A stretch of 64,000 bases of DNA from a virus: the IMG/VR virus record IMGVR_UViG_3300042451_000817, positions 5,911-69,910 of that record, one strand, 5' to 3'. Shown here one piece after another: positions 28,543-39,700 of this stretch (its first letter is position 1; every line of letters begins with the position of its first letter). Position numbers and translations under genes: made by a program. A model generated the notes under the pieces. It was not told where the DNA came from. It did no database searches and saw only the letters and a program-made list of their open reading frames with translations.

Positions 28543-30990
28543 TTAAAAATCTAATTTTACTAAGAATTGCTGAGTTCCCTGTCTTAAAACAGGTGATTGC
28601 ATCTTAGATATAATCATAAGATTTTTTTCGTTATCGTAAAGACCAATTTCGGTAATAAATCTACGTTCGCTAACGTTCCAAGTAGGATTAGAAGGTGTTT
28701 GAAATTCTGTCTGACTCAAATTTACCTTATATCTCATTTCATAAATCGTTGCCTCAATATCAGCTTCAATTGAACCGTAAAAATAATACTCGTCTCCAAA
28801 GTTAAGTGATGTTCCACTATAATTGGCCGGTGTTAGAGGTATATAATCATTCAAATTATATAATGGAGCGCTATCGTATAAATCTTTAGTTATTACAAAA
28901 GTGTTTTGAGTTAATCCGTCTTGAGTTATATAACCATTAATCATAGTTGAATCTAATTGATCGGTAAAATCAATTACTTTCCATAAAGAAGAGTCAGGTC
29001 TACCGGTTCCAGAAACTTTTTGTACTAATATCTCAAATTTATTAGCGTAATAACCTTCAATAGTATCACAAGAAGTTGGACATAATGTCGTTGTTGTGGT
29101 TAATGGTTCATATGTTGTAGTTGTTGTGACATAAGGTGAAAATGGTTGTTTTAAACAATTAAATTCGGGTCCGAATTGTAAAGTAACATTTTGAGAACTT
29201 AAATTAGTACAATCAATATTTGGTCCTTGAATTTTAGTATAATAATTACAATGTAATGAATTTAGACAAAAAATATCATCATTAAATCTATAAGTTACAT
29301 ACAAATATTCGTCACTATTAAGTAGAATTCCTGTTGAATTACCTAATGTTCCGCAAACATTTGGCGTTATTAACCCTAATTTTGGTGCCGGTAATGTCCA
29401 ATTTCTATTAGATTTATAAGACATAGCGGCAATTATTTCTTCATCATCAAAAATAATCATTTTTTGGTCAGGAAATACTTTACCAACTCTATTAGGTCTT
29501 CCGTTGCTATCATTAGCATTTGTATCCCATAAGTGATAATATCTATGTCCAGGATTATTCATATCTAAATTTTTATTAGATTCTAAATAATAAACTTGAA
29601 ACAGATTAAGATTCTCAAATCCTGGAGGGTCAACCCAAAATGTTTGACCATAACAACATTCAGGGTTTTTGTGCCACATAATCCAAGGTATATGAACTCT
29701 AAAATTTCTAGCCTGTCCCGTATTACCAGGATTATCTTGATCAAAAGGCTCTAACGCAAATTTTTCACCATAATATAAACCAGGTGAATTATTGGTATAA
29801 TGAACTATCGATATTGCTTTTTGTTCTTTAGGTTCAACAAATACTATTTCTCCTAAAGAATTATAATAATAAACATAATCGGTATCATTTTGACCATTAC
29901 TATTAGAGTAGCCAAAATATTCTTTAGAACCCAAATAATTTATCGATCCAAATTTCGTATAACCAGCATAGAATGATGGATTTAACCCTGCGGGGTTTTC
30001 AGACCAAGGAGTGTTCATATTCCACACATTTGTAAATGTTACCCCCGCATTACATTCAGATTGGAAATCTATTACCCCAGCATTATATGTTGGTACCGTA
30101 CTATCATAAATGGTGGTCATATTTGGTGGATATACCAAAGCTCTAACATAACAATCTCCACCTAAAATTGATAAATTTGGTGTTGGTCTATCTAAAGTAA
30201 CCTCATTATTACATATTGAGATTATTCTATATGTCATCATTGGATGGCAACTATCGATATTCATAACACAATCCACAGGTGGTGTTGGTATGAAAGGTTC
30301 TGTTGTCGTTGTTGTGGTTGTCGGCTCAATCGTTGTCGTTGTTGTGGTAGTAGGTGAACAAGGATTAAATGTGGTTGTGGTAGTTGTTATTGGTATTGTG
30401 GTAGTAGTCGTTGTTGTTGCGGTGCAAACACAAGTATCGGTAATGTTAGGATTATAATAAAAAGTTATAAAATCTCCCGCCGCAGGTTGTCTAACAATTC
30501 CTTCACTACAATCCGAATAAATTAAAGTAACTTTATCACTACAACCAAAATCTGAAATATGTACAACATAATTAGAATTAATCACATAATCTTCACTTGT
30601 AAAAACTTTCCAATCAACAGGTGTATCCTCAATATTTTCTGTATCCCCATCAAAAAAACCTTTCATAGCGGCGGTATTATATATTAAAGAAACTACTGAA
30701 TCGGAAAAAGGGATTCCGTAAGTATTTCCGCTAGTCCCATCTACATAGTAAGGATATTTAGTATATTGTTTGTTTGATTCCGGAACTCCCGATATATTAC
30801 TAGAATTAAATGATGGTTCTAAAACATATGAATTTGCGTGAGGAAAAGAAGGTATTGCGTCGTAAGATACTTCACTATCCCCTATTTGAAAATAAGAAAT
30901 ATTAAAATTTCCCTGAGATAATTTTCTTCTACCTGTATCAGTTAATTTTGTATTAATTAACCCTGATGTGTTTTTTATTATATAAGACAT
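28543..30990 (-). CDS. Tail/collar structural protein with poly-Thr inserts
   Basis: N-terminal 'LTDTGRRKLSQG.FNISYFQIGDSEVSY', C-terminal 'ITEIGLYDNEKNLMIISK' tail-collar-like motif. Confidence 0.7.
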   Translation of the reverse strand: MSYIIKNTSGLINTKLTDTGRRKLSQGNFNISYFQIGDSEVSYDAIPSFPHANSYVLEPSFNSSNISGVPESNKQYTKYPYYVDGTSGNTYGIPFSDSVVSLIYNTAAMKGFFDGDTENIEDTPVDWKVFTSEDYVINSNYVVHISDFGCSDKVTLIYSDCSEGIVRQPAAGDFITFYYNPNITDTCVCTATTTTTTTIPITTTTTTFNPCSPTTTTTTTIEPTTTTTTTEPFIPTPPVDCVMNIDSCHPMMTYRIISICNNEVTLDRPTPNLSILGGDCYVRALVYPPNMTTIYDSTVPTYNAGVIDFQSECNAGVTFTNVWNMNTPWSENPAGLNPSFYAGYTKFGSINYLGSKEYFGYSNSNGQNDTDYVYYYNSLGEIVFVEPKEQKAISIVHYTNNSPGLYYGEKFALEPFDQDNPGNTGQARNFRVHIPWIMWHKNPECCYGQTFWVDPPGFENLNLFQVYYLESNKNLDMNNPGHRYYHLWDTNANDSNGRPNRVGKVFPDQKMIIFDDEEIIAAMSYKSNRNWTLPAPKLGLITPNVCGTLGNSTGILLNSDEYLYVTYRFNDDIFCLNSLHCNYYTKIQGPNIDCTNLSSQNVTLQFGPEFNCLKQPFSPYVTTTTTYEPLTTTTTLCPTSCDTIEGYYANKFEILVQKVSGTGRPDSSLWKVIDFTDQLDSTMINGYITQDGLTQNTFVITKDLYDSAPLYNLNDYIPLTPANYSGTSLNFGDEYYFYGSIEADIEATIYEMRYKVNLSQTEFQTPSNPTWNVSERRFITEIGLYDNEKNLMIISKMQSPVLRQGTQQFLVKLDF

Positions 30991-31022
30991 TATAAATAAT
31001 TATTTTACATTATTTTTTTTTA

Positions 31023-33137
31023 TTAAAATAAATCATTAAAATCGTTACCTTTATTAATTAGGCTTTTAAATGAAACATTTTTACTAATTGTTTTTAAACT
31101 AATCATTATCGGGCACTCCCCCTCCACTACCGTTGCGGTTCCTGATAACCCAACAACAATCCAATTATTTAATGGTGGAAAAGCCGGATTTAAAGATAGT
31201 ACAAAATAACTTCTAACAGGATTGAAATTAACTTTCCATTGTGACGATGTATTATCCCAAATTAATGAATCTCCTCCAGATGAAACCCAAGATAATTTTC
31301 CATTAACAACTACATTAGGTTCAAATTGTATTGATTCTGTTGTAGTTCCAGTACTTTGTATTGTAGATATTGACATACAAAGTGTATTCCCTGTAGGTGT
31401 TGGAGCGATTGTCGTTGTTGTTGTAGTTGTTGGTCTTACCGCAACTAATTCACAAATTGTTACCGCAGTAAAATCACCATAATAATCAACGGTCGTTGCC
31501 GTATACGACCCTTCCGTTAAATTAAAAATGTCGGGGTTAGTGTTTCCATTACTCCAAGTTGTTAAATATGGTGAAGTTCCTCCTGATATTGATAATGATA
31601 TTGATCCGTCAGCTGAGGTAGGTGATGTAGGATTTGTTGGTATACATTCTACATCCATAGTAAATACCGTTGTAGGTATACACTCATTACAGGTAGGTAT
31701 TACATAAGGTATTGGTGTTGGTGTTGGGGTGGGTGTTGGTGTTGGAAGTTGGGGACATATTTTAGGTAAAACTGAAAAACTAATTGGGGAATCTCCAACG
31801 CAATTACAAATTTCACTATCGTCAATTTGCCATTGACCATCGTAAGGACATTCGATGTCTTTTTCCGCAATTTGTGCTAAAATTAATTGGTTGGTTGTAT
31901 CATAATAAATCCAAACACCACTATAAAATAATACTTTATCATCATTAAGATAAAAAGGTTTTCCATTTATAGTTCCTGAAGGAGTTAAATTAGATATCTG
32001 TGTCAATCCTTCACCAGCCTCCAAATCACAGGTTAATGTTGTTTTAATACAACCACAAATATCAATAGAATTACAAAAATTATAACAAGATCCTGTTGTC
32101 TCAATTATAGTGGTTGCTGAACTGGTGCTAATTGGTTTATCATATGCACAAACCTCCATAGTATCATCAATAGATAATAAAATAGCTTTTTTAGGATTTG
32201 TATTTAAATTATCATAAAAAGTTATTACTTCGTCATCTGTAGTCGCGGTAATTACCCAACATTTCTTAGATTCATTAAATTCGGGATAACAATCGTAAAG
32301 ACTTAATGTAAAATCATCTACAAAAATTGATGGTGTCCAATTGGTGTTAATAGAACCTGTTGGTGGACATATTCCTCCTCCGGTTGTGGTTGCCGATACT
32401 TGTCCGTCAATTTCAAAAACCCATTTAGAATCGTCCCAATATATTCTATAACCAACATCACTAATCCAAAATGTTTTTCCGTTGATAGTTCCTCCAACAT
32501 AAAATTCCAAATTATCGTCTTCATTCGAAACTATAATACATTCACAATATCCTGTTGGGACGCAATCTAAAAAACAATTATTTGAAGTTTTGGCGGAATA
32601 AAAATTAGATACGTTTGGTGGAACTACTATCGGTTCTCCTTTTAAACAAAATGAGGAAGTTCCTCCTGAACTTAATACAAACGCTTTCCCTTCATTATTA
32701 CAATCATAATATGAAATTGTGTAAGTACTATCCGCACTAAAAAACCAACAACTACAATCACCGCAAGTATCTCCTGTCGGGTTTGGACAAGGTTGGTCTC
32801 CTTTATAGGATAAAATAGGCGCCGTACCCCCTGAACAAAATTCAAAATCTGTAGTATCCGCAATATCCCAATTATTAAAATTACAAATACTAGAATTTGT
32901 AGATGAGGAAAAAATTGTAACTCCGGGATTCAATACGTCTTCAAAAGACCACCCGTTTATTACGAAATTCCAATATATTATATAATTGTTTCCTGAATAA
33001 CTACCAATATAATATGGTTTTTCACCATAACCTGTATTAATATAACCTTCTTGAAACAAATCGATGCTAAAAACGCTCTCATCAGAACATTCAAAACTTA
33101 ATTTAAGACAAACACAGGCACTTGATCCACCAGCCAT
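31023..33137 (-). CDS. Cys-rich repeat protein with SprB repeat and PT/poly-Thr tracts
   Basis: Repeated 'NGK..W/Y...IYW...W' units, (PT)n, 'DGSISLSISGGTSPYLTTWSNG...NLTEGSYTATTVD'. Confidence 0.7.
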   Translation of the reverse strand: MAGGSSACVCLKLSFECSDESVFSIDLFQEGYINTGYGEKPYYIGSYSGNNYIIYWNFVINGWSFEDVLNPGVTIFSSSTNSSICNFNNWDIADTTDFEFCSGGTAPILSYKGDQPCPNPTGDTCGDCSCWFFSADSTYTISYYDCNNEGKAFVLSSGGTSSFCLKGEPIVVPPNVSNFYSAKTSNNCFLDCVPTGYCECIIVSNEDDNLEFYVGGTINGKTFWISDVGYRIYWDDSKWVFEIDGQVSATTTGGGICPPTGSINTNWTPSIFVDDFTLSLYDCYPEFNESKKCWVITATTDDEVITFYDNLNTNPKKAILLSIDDTMEVCAYDKPISTSSATTIIETTGSCYNFCNSIDICGCIKTTLTCDLEAGEGLTQISNLTPSGTINGKPFYLNDDKVLFYSGVWIYYDTTNQLILAQIAEKDIECPYDGQWQIDDSEICNCVGDSPISFSVLPKICPQLPTPTPTPTPTPIPYVIPTCNECIPTTVFTMDVECIPTNPTSPTSADGSISLSISGGTSPYLTTWSNGNTNPDIFNLTEGSYTATTVDYYGDFTAVTICELVAVRPTTTTTTTIAPTPTGNTLCMSISTIQSTGTTTESIQFEPNVVVNGKLSWVSSGGDSLIWDNTSSQWKVNFNPVRSYFVLSLNPAFPPLNNWIVVGLSGTATVVEGECPIMISLKTISKNVSFKSLINKGNDFNDLF

Positions 33138-33162
33138 ATAATTAAACTTTAATCATAAATAT

Positions 33163-34143
33163 TTAGTTTTCATTTTTAATTATGCTTTTCATAATTTCAA
33201 TGTATTTTATTGTAGAACTATTCTTATCAATATAATCGAAATGATTAATATTTTGTTTTAATCTATCTAAAGGGTTGACATTAATATATTCTCCTTTATA
33301 AAATTTTTTACTTTTTAAATTTTCTGTCACACCCGCCATATGTAAAATTGGTTTTTTTTCATAAGTCTTAATGTCGTCAGTTGCCCAAGAAAAATCTAAA
33401 CTATTATGTATTTTTGTTTCAAAACCAAAATACCATAAATTCCATAATAAAGACCACATTTCAGCTGTCCAAAATTGAATTTGTCCCGGATTAATTGGAA
33501 ATCTTTTTTGGTAATCTAACATTTGATTATACAAGGGAGTACAATCTGAATATATTTTTTCCCACATATCTTTGTTTGTGTTTTTTATAATATATTGACC
33601 TCCACCTGAGTTTTCTTGATTACATTTTATACAATCAATAGTAATTCCGACAACATTAACCATTTCATCTAATAATTGTTCTTTATTTGAATTTGGGTGA
33701 TGTTTTTCATATCTGTCACAACAATCTTTTATGTAGTTGTAACCAATATAACCTATAGTATCGGATAAATAAATTATGTCGTCTTTTAATAAGTCATCAT
33801 AATTTGGTTTTTCTCTAAAAACAATATCCGCATCGTGAAGAAAAAAATTTTTACCCAAATTAGGATATTGTTCTAACCATTTTGATATTAAAAATGGTTT
33901 TATACTGGGTATATATTTTTTATCTTTTCTATCATCAATATAGTGATGAACGTTAACTTCATATTTTTTTAAATTAAGTGACCCTGTTGTGGGATTTTCT
34001 CTACCATTCTTTAACGCAAAGATAACGTGAATATTTTTTGGATTAATACCTTTTTCGATAAAATTATTTATGTAGATTTCCGATTGCCAATGGAAATAGG
34101 GTACATCGGGTTGTGCCGAAACAAATACTAAATCATTATTCAT
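33163..34143 (-). CDS. Glycosyltransferase, GT-A fold, resembling plant HPAT (GT95)/SGT1 (GT96) peptidyl O-glycosyltransferases
   Basis: 'YFHWQ', 'YIPSIKPFLISKWL', 'HDADIVFR' (DxD), 'WTAEMW', 'ILHM', 'FYKGEY'. Confidence 0.7.
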   Translation of the reverse strand: MNNDLVFVSAQPDVPYFHWQSEIYINNFIEKGINPKNIHVIFALKNGRENPTTGSLNLKKYEVNVHHYIDDRKDKKYIPSIKPFLISKWLEQYPNLGKNFFLHDADIVFREKPNYDDLLKDDIIYLSDTIGYIGYNYIKDCCDRYEKHHPNSNKEQLLDEMVNVVGITIDCIKCNQENSGGGQYIIKNTNKDMWEKIYSDCTPLYNQMLDYQKRFPINPGQIQFWTAEMWSLLWNLWYFGFETKIHNSLDFSWATDDIKTYEKKPILHMAGVTENLKSKKFYKGEYINVNPLDRLKQNINHFDYIDKNSSTIKYIEIMKSIIKNEN

Positions 34144-34163
34144 AAATCAAATATATGAATAAA

Positions 34164-34385
34164 TCAAGAACAATAAAGTATTTCGAAATTTTCACATTCA
34201 GAACACACAATTCTTAATAGTATTACGGGAGCGTAAATATATTGTGAAGGTAGATTAAATGAAACAGGAAAAGATGGTGTTGTGATTTGTCCTATTTCAA
34301 CGCATTCCGTATTATATATAGTACAAACATAAACACTACACGGAAATGAGTCGCCAGAAACGTTATTTATTTCAACTGATGTCAT
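34164..34385 (-). CDS. Small Cys-containing beta protein, paralog of 25370..25603
   Basis: 'VEINNVSGDSFPCSVYVC...C..IGQITT...FNLP...LRIVCSEC'. Confidence 0.7.
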   Translation of the reverse strand: MTSVEINNVSGDSFPCSVYVCTIYNTECVEIGQITTPSFPVSFNLPSQYIYAPVILLRIVCSECENFEILYCS

Positions 34386-36797
34386 TTAATCGCAAGAAAC
34401 ACAAGAAATTAAATATTTAATTATCATATCGATTCTAACTTGAGCGCCTCCCAAGTTGGACGCGATATCTTCGCAATCATTTTTAACTTCAATAGTATTG
34501 TTTTCACCGTCAATATCGACCGTTTGTATTCCGTTATAACTTAATAACAATTCGGTTATTGTTTCGTACCATAAATTGTTCGATGGATAATCGGTAATTG
34601 ATGTCCCAGTGTAAAAATATTTTTGTCTAATATCTCCATTGATATTTGTTTGAGCGACGAATACTGATTCATTAATTATACAATCTGTATCTCCGCTAGT
34701 TAAATCGTTGAATCCTTCTATTAGAAGAGATTTAGGTCCTTTAACTAAAACAAATCCATTGTCGTCTAAATTAGAGTCACATATATTAAAAACTTCATAA
34801 CTAACAACGCTACCTAAACCATTAACTCGTATTGTTTTTGTTTTAGTACAACCGCTACTATCAGTTACTTCCAAAGAATATGTACCCGCGGTTAAGTTTG
34901 TTATAGTTATACCTGTTTGACCATTAACATTAGGACTCCAATCCAATATAAATGGAGGTGTTCCGTCAGTTATTAATGCCGTTATAGTTCCGTTACCACC
35001 TAAATTAGCGTCTGTGGCCACCAAACTAAAATCTACGGAGTTTGTGGATATAACACTAAAATTAATATTTTGACCACAATTAGTCGCATCTGTAACCGTA
35101 CCAACATAATTACCAGGGGTTAAACCTGTAAATGTATAAGTTAATCCTGTCGTTATTACAAATTGGTCATTTATTTGATAGGTGTACGGTTGAGTTCCTC
35201 CTGTACTTATGGTTAATGTTACTTCACCTTCCGCAGAATCACATAAACTACCGATTGTTGTGGCACTTAAACCAAACTTACTAGTATTGTTAATTGTGAA
35301 ATTATTATTATATACACAAGTTCCAACCCCAGAGTCCTCAATTTGAATTGAGTATGTCCCTGACTTTAACCCTGTAAATGTGGCGTTTGGACTTGTTGCG
35401 GTTTGATTATATGTATTACCGCTCGAATCTATTATTGTAAAATTATATGGGGATGTACCTCCAACCAATGAAATTACTACTTTACCCGAACTATCGTTAC
35501 AAAATGAATTTGTTGTAATAAAACTAACTAAACTAAATGAATTAGGGGTTAAAAGAGCAACGCTTTGCGTGAAAGAACATAATCCGGCATCAGTAACAAT
35601 AACCGTAAAATTACCGCTACCTAATCCTGTGAAAGTATAACTTTGTGAAAAACTAATAGCATTAATACCATTAGACCCTAAATAACTATATGGGGGGGTT
35701 CCTCCTATTACGTTTACGGTTATTTCACCGTCACCAGCAAAACAACTTGGGGGTAGTAAATCAAATGATCCAAAACTTACGGGTTCAACGTCAACAACCG
35801 TAGCTCCGGTTACTTTAACACAACCTACAGAGTCTTCAACCGTAACACTATAAACACCTGATGTAATTCCTGTTATATTTTGAGTGGTTTCTCCATTACT
35901 CCAAAGATAAGTATATGGAGGAGTTCCTGTTAATCCTGTTATATAAATCGCTCCCGCATTATCAACTGAACATCCGGCATTATTTACAACATAAAACCCA
36001 TAATCTAAACTAGTGGAAGGTCCAACTAAAAATGTGGCACTTTGTCCTGTACATCCTCCACCATCATCACCAATTACATAATAATAGCCGCTTTCAATAT
36101 CATTAAAAACATATGTATCAGATAATAATGTTCCAGATGTTACATATGTGTTATCTTGTTTATATAATTGAAAAGTTGCTAATCCGTAGTAATTTGAGGT
36201 TTCCGCGGTAACCGCCCCATTGGGTAAATCACATAAAGTGTTTTTAATCCCTGTTATGGATACGTTAGTTCCGCTTGAAATGTAAATATCAATAGGATAT
36301 ATGTTGTTTATAGGTAAACAACTATCAATTAAATTTATTGTATAGGTTCCTGCCGATAAATTAGTTTGTGTGTATGCCGTTACTCCAGGACCTAATGGAA
36401 CAATATCGGATTCTTGTAATGAATCAACCGTTATTGTTATGTCATTAGTAGGACTTGATCCCCCAACATTACTTCCTAAAATAGTTAATGAATCTCCAAT
36501 TTGGTATCCTGTACCTGGGTCACTAAGATAAACCGTATATACCCCATATAAGTTGACAACATTAAACTTAACATCAGCACCGCTACCGCCTGAAGCTCCT
36601 ACATTTGAATAGGTGTTATTGTCAATAACATTTCCGCCGCTTGACGTATCTGTAAACCCTGAAACTCCGGTTCCAGGATATAACTCTTGTATTGAATAAT
36701 CCGGAGCACTTCCGTAAATTTCTATGGTATACGCACCTAATCCGGCGTTTCCACAATCACCCGTAACCGATAAACTATATGATAAAGCACAAGACAT
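34386..36797 (-). CDS. SprB-repeat structural protein
   Basis: Multiple 'GGTPPY.Y.WS....TGL..G.Y.V.VTD..GC' repeats; no signal peptide or T9SS CTD. Confidence 0.82.
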   Translation of the reverse strand: MSCALSYSLSVTGDCGNAGLGAYTIEIYGSAPDYSIQELYPGTGVSGFTDTSSGGNVIDNNTYSNVGASGGSGADVKFNVVNLYGVYTVYLSDPGTGYQIGDSLTILGSNVGGSSPTNDITITVDSLQESDIVPLGPGVTAYTQTNLSAGTYTINLIDSCLPINNIYPIDIYISSGTNVSITGIKNTLCDLPNGAVTAETSNYYGLATFQLYKQDNTYVTSGTLLSDTYVFNDIESGYYYVIGDDGGGCTGQSATFLVGPSTSLDYGFYVVNNAGCSVDNAGAIYITGLTGTPPYTYLWSNGETTQNITGITSGVYSVTVEDSVGCVKVTGATVVDVEPVSFGSFDLLPPSCFAGDGEITVNVIGGTPPYSYLGSNGINAISFSQSYTFTGLGSGNFTVIVTDAGLCSFTQSVALLTPNSFSLVSFITTNSFCNDSSGKVVISLVGGTSPYNFTIIDSSGNTYNQTATSPNATFTGLKSGTYSIQIEDSGVGTCVYNNNFTINNTSKFGLSATTIGSLCDSAEGEVTLTISTGGTQPYTYQINDQFVITTGLTYTFTGLTPGNYVGTVTDATNCGQNINFSVISTNSVDFSLVATDANLGGNGTITALITDGTPPFILDWSPNVNGQTGITITNLTAGTYSLEVTDSSGCTKTKTIRVNGLGSVVSYEVFNICDSNLDDNGFVLVKGPKSLLIEGFNDLTSGDTDCIINESVFVAQTNINGDIRQKYFYTGTSITDYPSNNLWYETITELLLSYNGIQTVDIDGENNTIEVKNDCEDIASNLGGAQVRIDMIIKYLISCVSCD

Positions 36798-39700
36798 TAA
36801 TTACAATCTATATTAAATTCAACCCCAATGTTTATTTTAAAATTAATTTCTAAATCCGATACCGAACAAACTTCATTATATATTATTACGGTATCATCAT
36901 CGGTTAAAAGATAACCATATCCGTAATCATTTAAAGAGTCCAAACCATTAATCAAAGCATCTTCCCATTGTGAACTTGTTGGTGTACTAAGATTAACTAT
37001 GTTATACCCATACCCTGTAAAAAAAGATTCACTAACTAATACCACATCGTCAACTCTTAAATCAACATACCAAACAGAAGATAATGAATTGGTGTTACAA
37101 TCATTTAACTCATATCCGTTTAACACCAAATAATTATTTAAAGTCGTACTTAAAACGTTGTTAAACGAAACTCCAGGATATAATCCACATTCAGTAGATT
37201 CGACAGGACAATCTTTAGCAAAAACATTAGTTTTAAATGAACAAGGTTCGCAAGGAACCGGAACTAAATTACAACCTCTTTGTCTTCTCCAAGCGAATTT
37301 TTGTCTATGAAAAATAGAGTTTTCAAATCTAGAACCTGTATTCCATATTGTACTTGCAGGCATCATTTGTTCTACAAGTCTAATCCAATAATCCCCAATA
37401 CCATTAACATATTCTGTCATAGTTTCATAGTTAAAATTATTGTTCTCTATTCCAACATTTTGTTCTGATTGTAGATATTTCCAATATATTGACTCCAACG
37501 TAGGATATCCCATAGTCTTACCATTTGTCGCATATTGTCTATCTCTAACATTAATCATATTCTTCCAAAATGTCTGAGCAAATTCGAAAAATGTTTTTTG
37601 TTTTGGTTGTGGATTTATTATTGTTTCGTCAATAGGTTTATAAGGGTAAGGTGCGTTTAAACTTAATGGTGTTGATGTTCTTAAACTACTAAGTAATGAC
37701 GGAACTACCGTTGATGGTGTGAAATCTAAACCTGAGTTTGGTATAGGGTAATTAAATTCTCTAGACATATACCAAATATCGTATAATATACCTTGAGACG
37801 GATTTAAAAATAAATCAACATTTTTAACATTTAAAACTAGTCGTTCGTCTGCGGTATAATATAAAGCATTGTAATTACCATCAAGATTTCTTCTATATCC
37901 GTTTTCACTATCAGTCCAACTTTTGTTATTATCAATTTGTTGTGTTAGAAAATAACCTAATTTCATATAAGGGAAATTTCTAAACCTATCTAAATAATCT
38001 TGACCATAACTATATGGCGCTAATGATGTTTGATAATTGGGATTTGACCCCGTAAATACATTACCGGTAAGATTTAATTGTTCAGGAGCTCTGTGTTGTG
38101 GAGTTTGTTCAAACCATCCGCTACCTGATTGGAAAAAATACGTATCTGTTTCGGGCGGTGTTGATGGGTATCCAAATTCATCAATAGGGTAGTCACTTCT
38201 TTCTGAATCAGCACTTAAAACAACTTCCTCAGTAGTAAATCCTGTATATTGAACTCCGTAAATTGTAAAAACTTCACTAGGATTCAACACAGGTATTTCT
38301 TCGACATATGTTCCTCCTGATATTCTTGCGAACTGAGTTTCAAATTGTTGTAAATTTATTTTTTGATCAGCAACATAAACATACTCATTAAAATCTATTA
38401 AAGCTTCAGGTGCCCCTATCAATTTCAATAAAATTTCAACAGACTTTCTAGTTCCTTTTGATTTGAAGAGGTACGCCGAGTTTAATACCAAATTTCTATA
38501 AAACTGATAATTTAATTCGTCAGGAGTTTTAGGTATTGGTTCACCACTAAACTGAGATTTTTCAGAATTTGTTGTTCCAAAGACTGAATTTAAAAAATCT
38601 TCAGAACTTATAGGTGAGATATTTGTTGACCAACCTAATGTTTGTGCTAAATTTTTAAGTAACTGAGATGGTATATCATTTCCAACGTTATAATTAACAG
38701 AGTTCATATAGGCCAAAGCATTTACAAATTTTTGAGTTTCATCAAAACTCCTACCGTAAATTTGTAAAACTTTCTCCATTTTTCTACCTACCGTATCGAA
38801 CTCACTAAAAGCTCCCGTAGTTAAAAATCTTGACACTAAATTAGTTCTAAAGGTATCGAAAAATTCGCAAGTTTCATTTAATTTAACCAGATAATCTTGG
38901 AAATAATTTGACGTTATATCCAAATTCCAAAGTCCATTCAAAGGCCAAGTTATCCCTACTTTTTCAATAAAATAAGTCCCTTCACTATTTTCTTTCGGTA
39001 CATTAAAAACTGCGGTGTATATTGGGAATGATGTTCTATTCAATAGAAAGTTTTCGACTTCATCTAAATTTTCTTTAAAAACTTTATTAACTTCATAGTC
39101 ATTAGGTCTTATTAATATATCATTTGTTACCGAACTTTGACCGGAAAAAGGGTCTCCTTCAACATAAATTTTTAAATCACCACTACTTAAAGATTGTGTT
39201 GGGACTATCCCTTTAACCTGATATCCTCCACCATTAAAATATAATGAGTATTTTGAATATTCGGCCGTCATATTTCTGAGGGACGAAACCTCAATCTCTC
39301 TTAGAGATAAATTCCTATCCGAATTTACCGTGAAATCAATACCTAAAGGATTTCTTATTTTAGATACTTGTAAAATAAACGATGTTTCATTAGTTGTTTC
39401 ATTAAATGAAATATTTTCGGCCGTATTTCCCGTAGAATAATCCGCACCAAAAAAATTACACTCCAATCCCGCAGGGAATTGACTAATTATTACCGTTATT
39501 GACGCTGAAACTCTTTTAGATAGAGACCCATAAACCGTAAAATTTGTAACCTCACTTAAATCAAAATTTGGATAAACTTTAAAATTATTTTCAGCAATTG
39601 CTTTAGATTGATTTACACTATCAATATTAAGTTTTTCAAGATTTATTGGTTCTGAGAAAACGCCAGTTATAAAATTCCTATTAGTTTTTTCACTAACAGA

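Noticed and set aside
25870-31750. Thr tracts as slippage microsatellites or phase-variation sites
   Set aside because: Codons are mixed ACN rather than pure triplet repeats, and frames are intact
25370-36797. Diversity-generating retroelement or invertase shufflon acting on fibres
   Set aside because: No reverse transcriptase, recombinase, TR/VR pair or flanking inverted repeats noticed in the window
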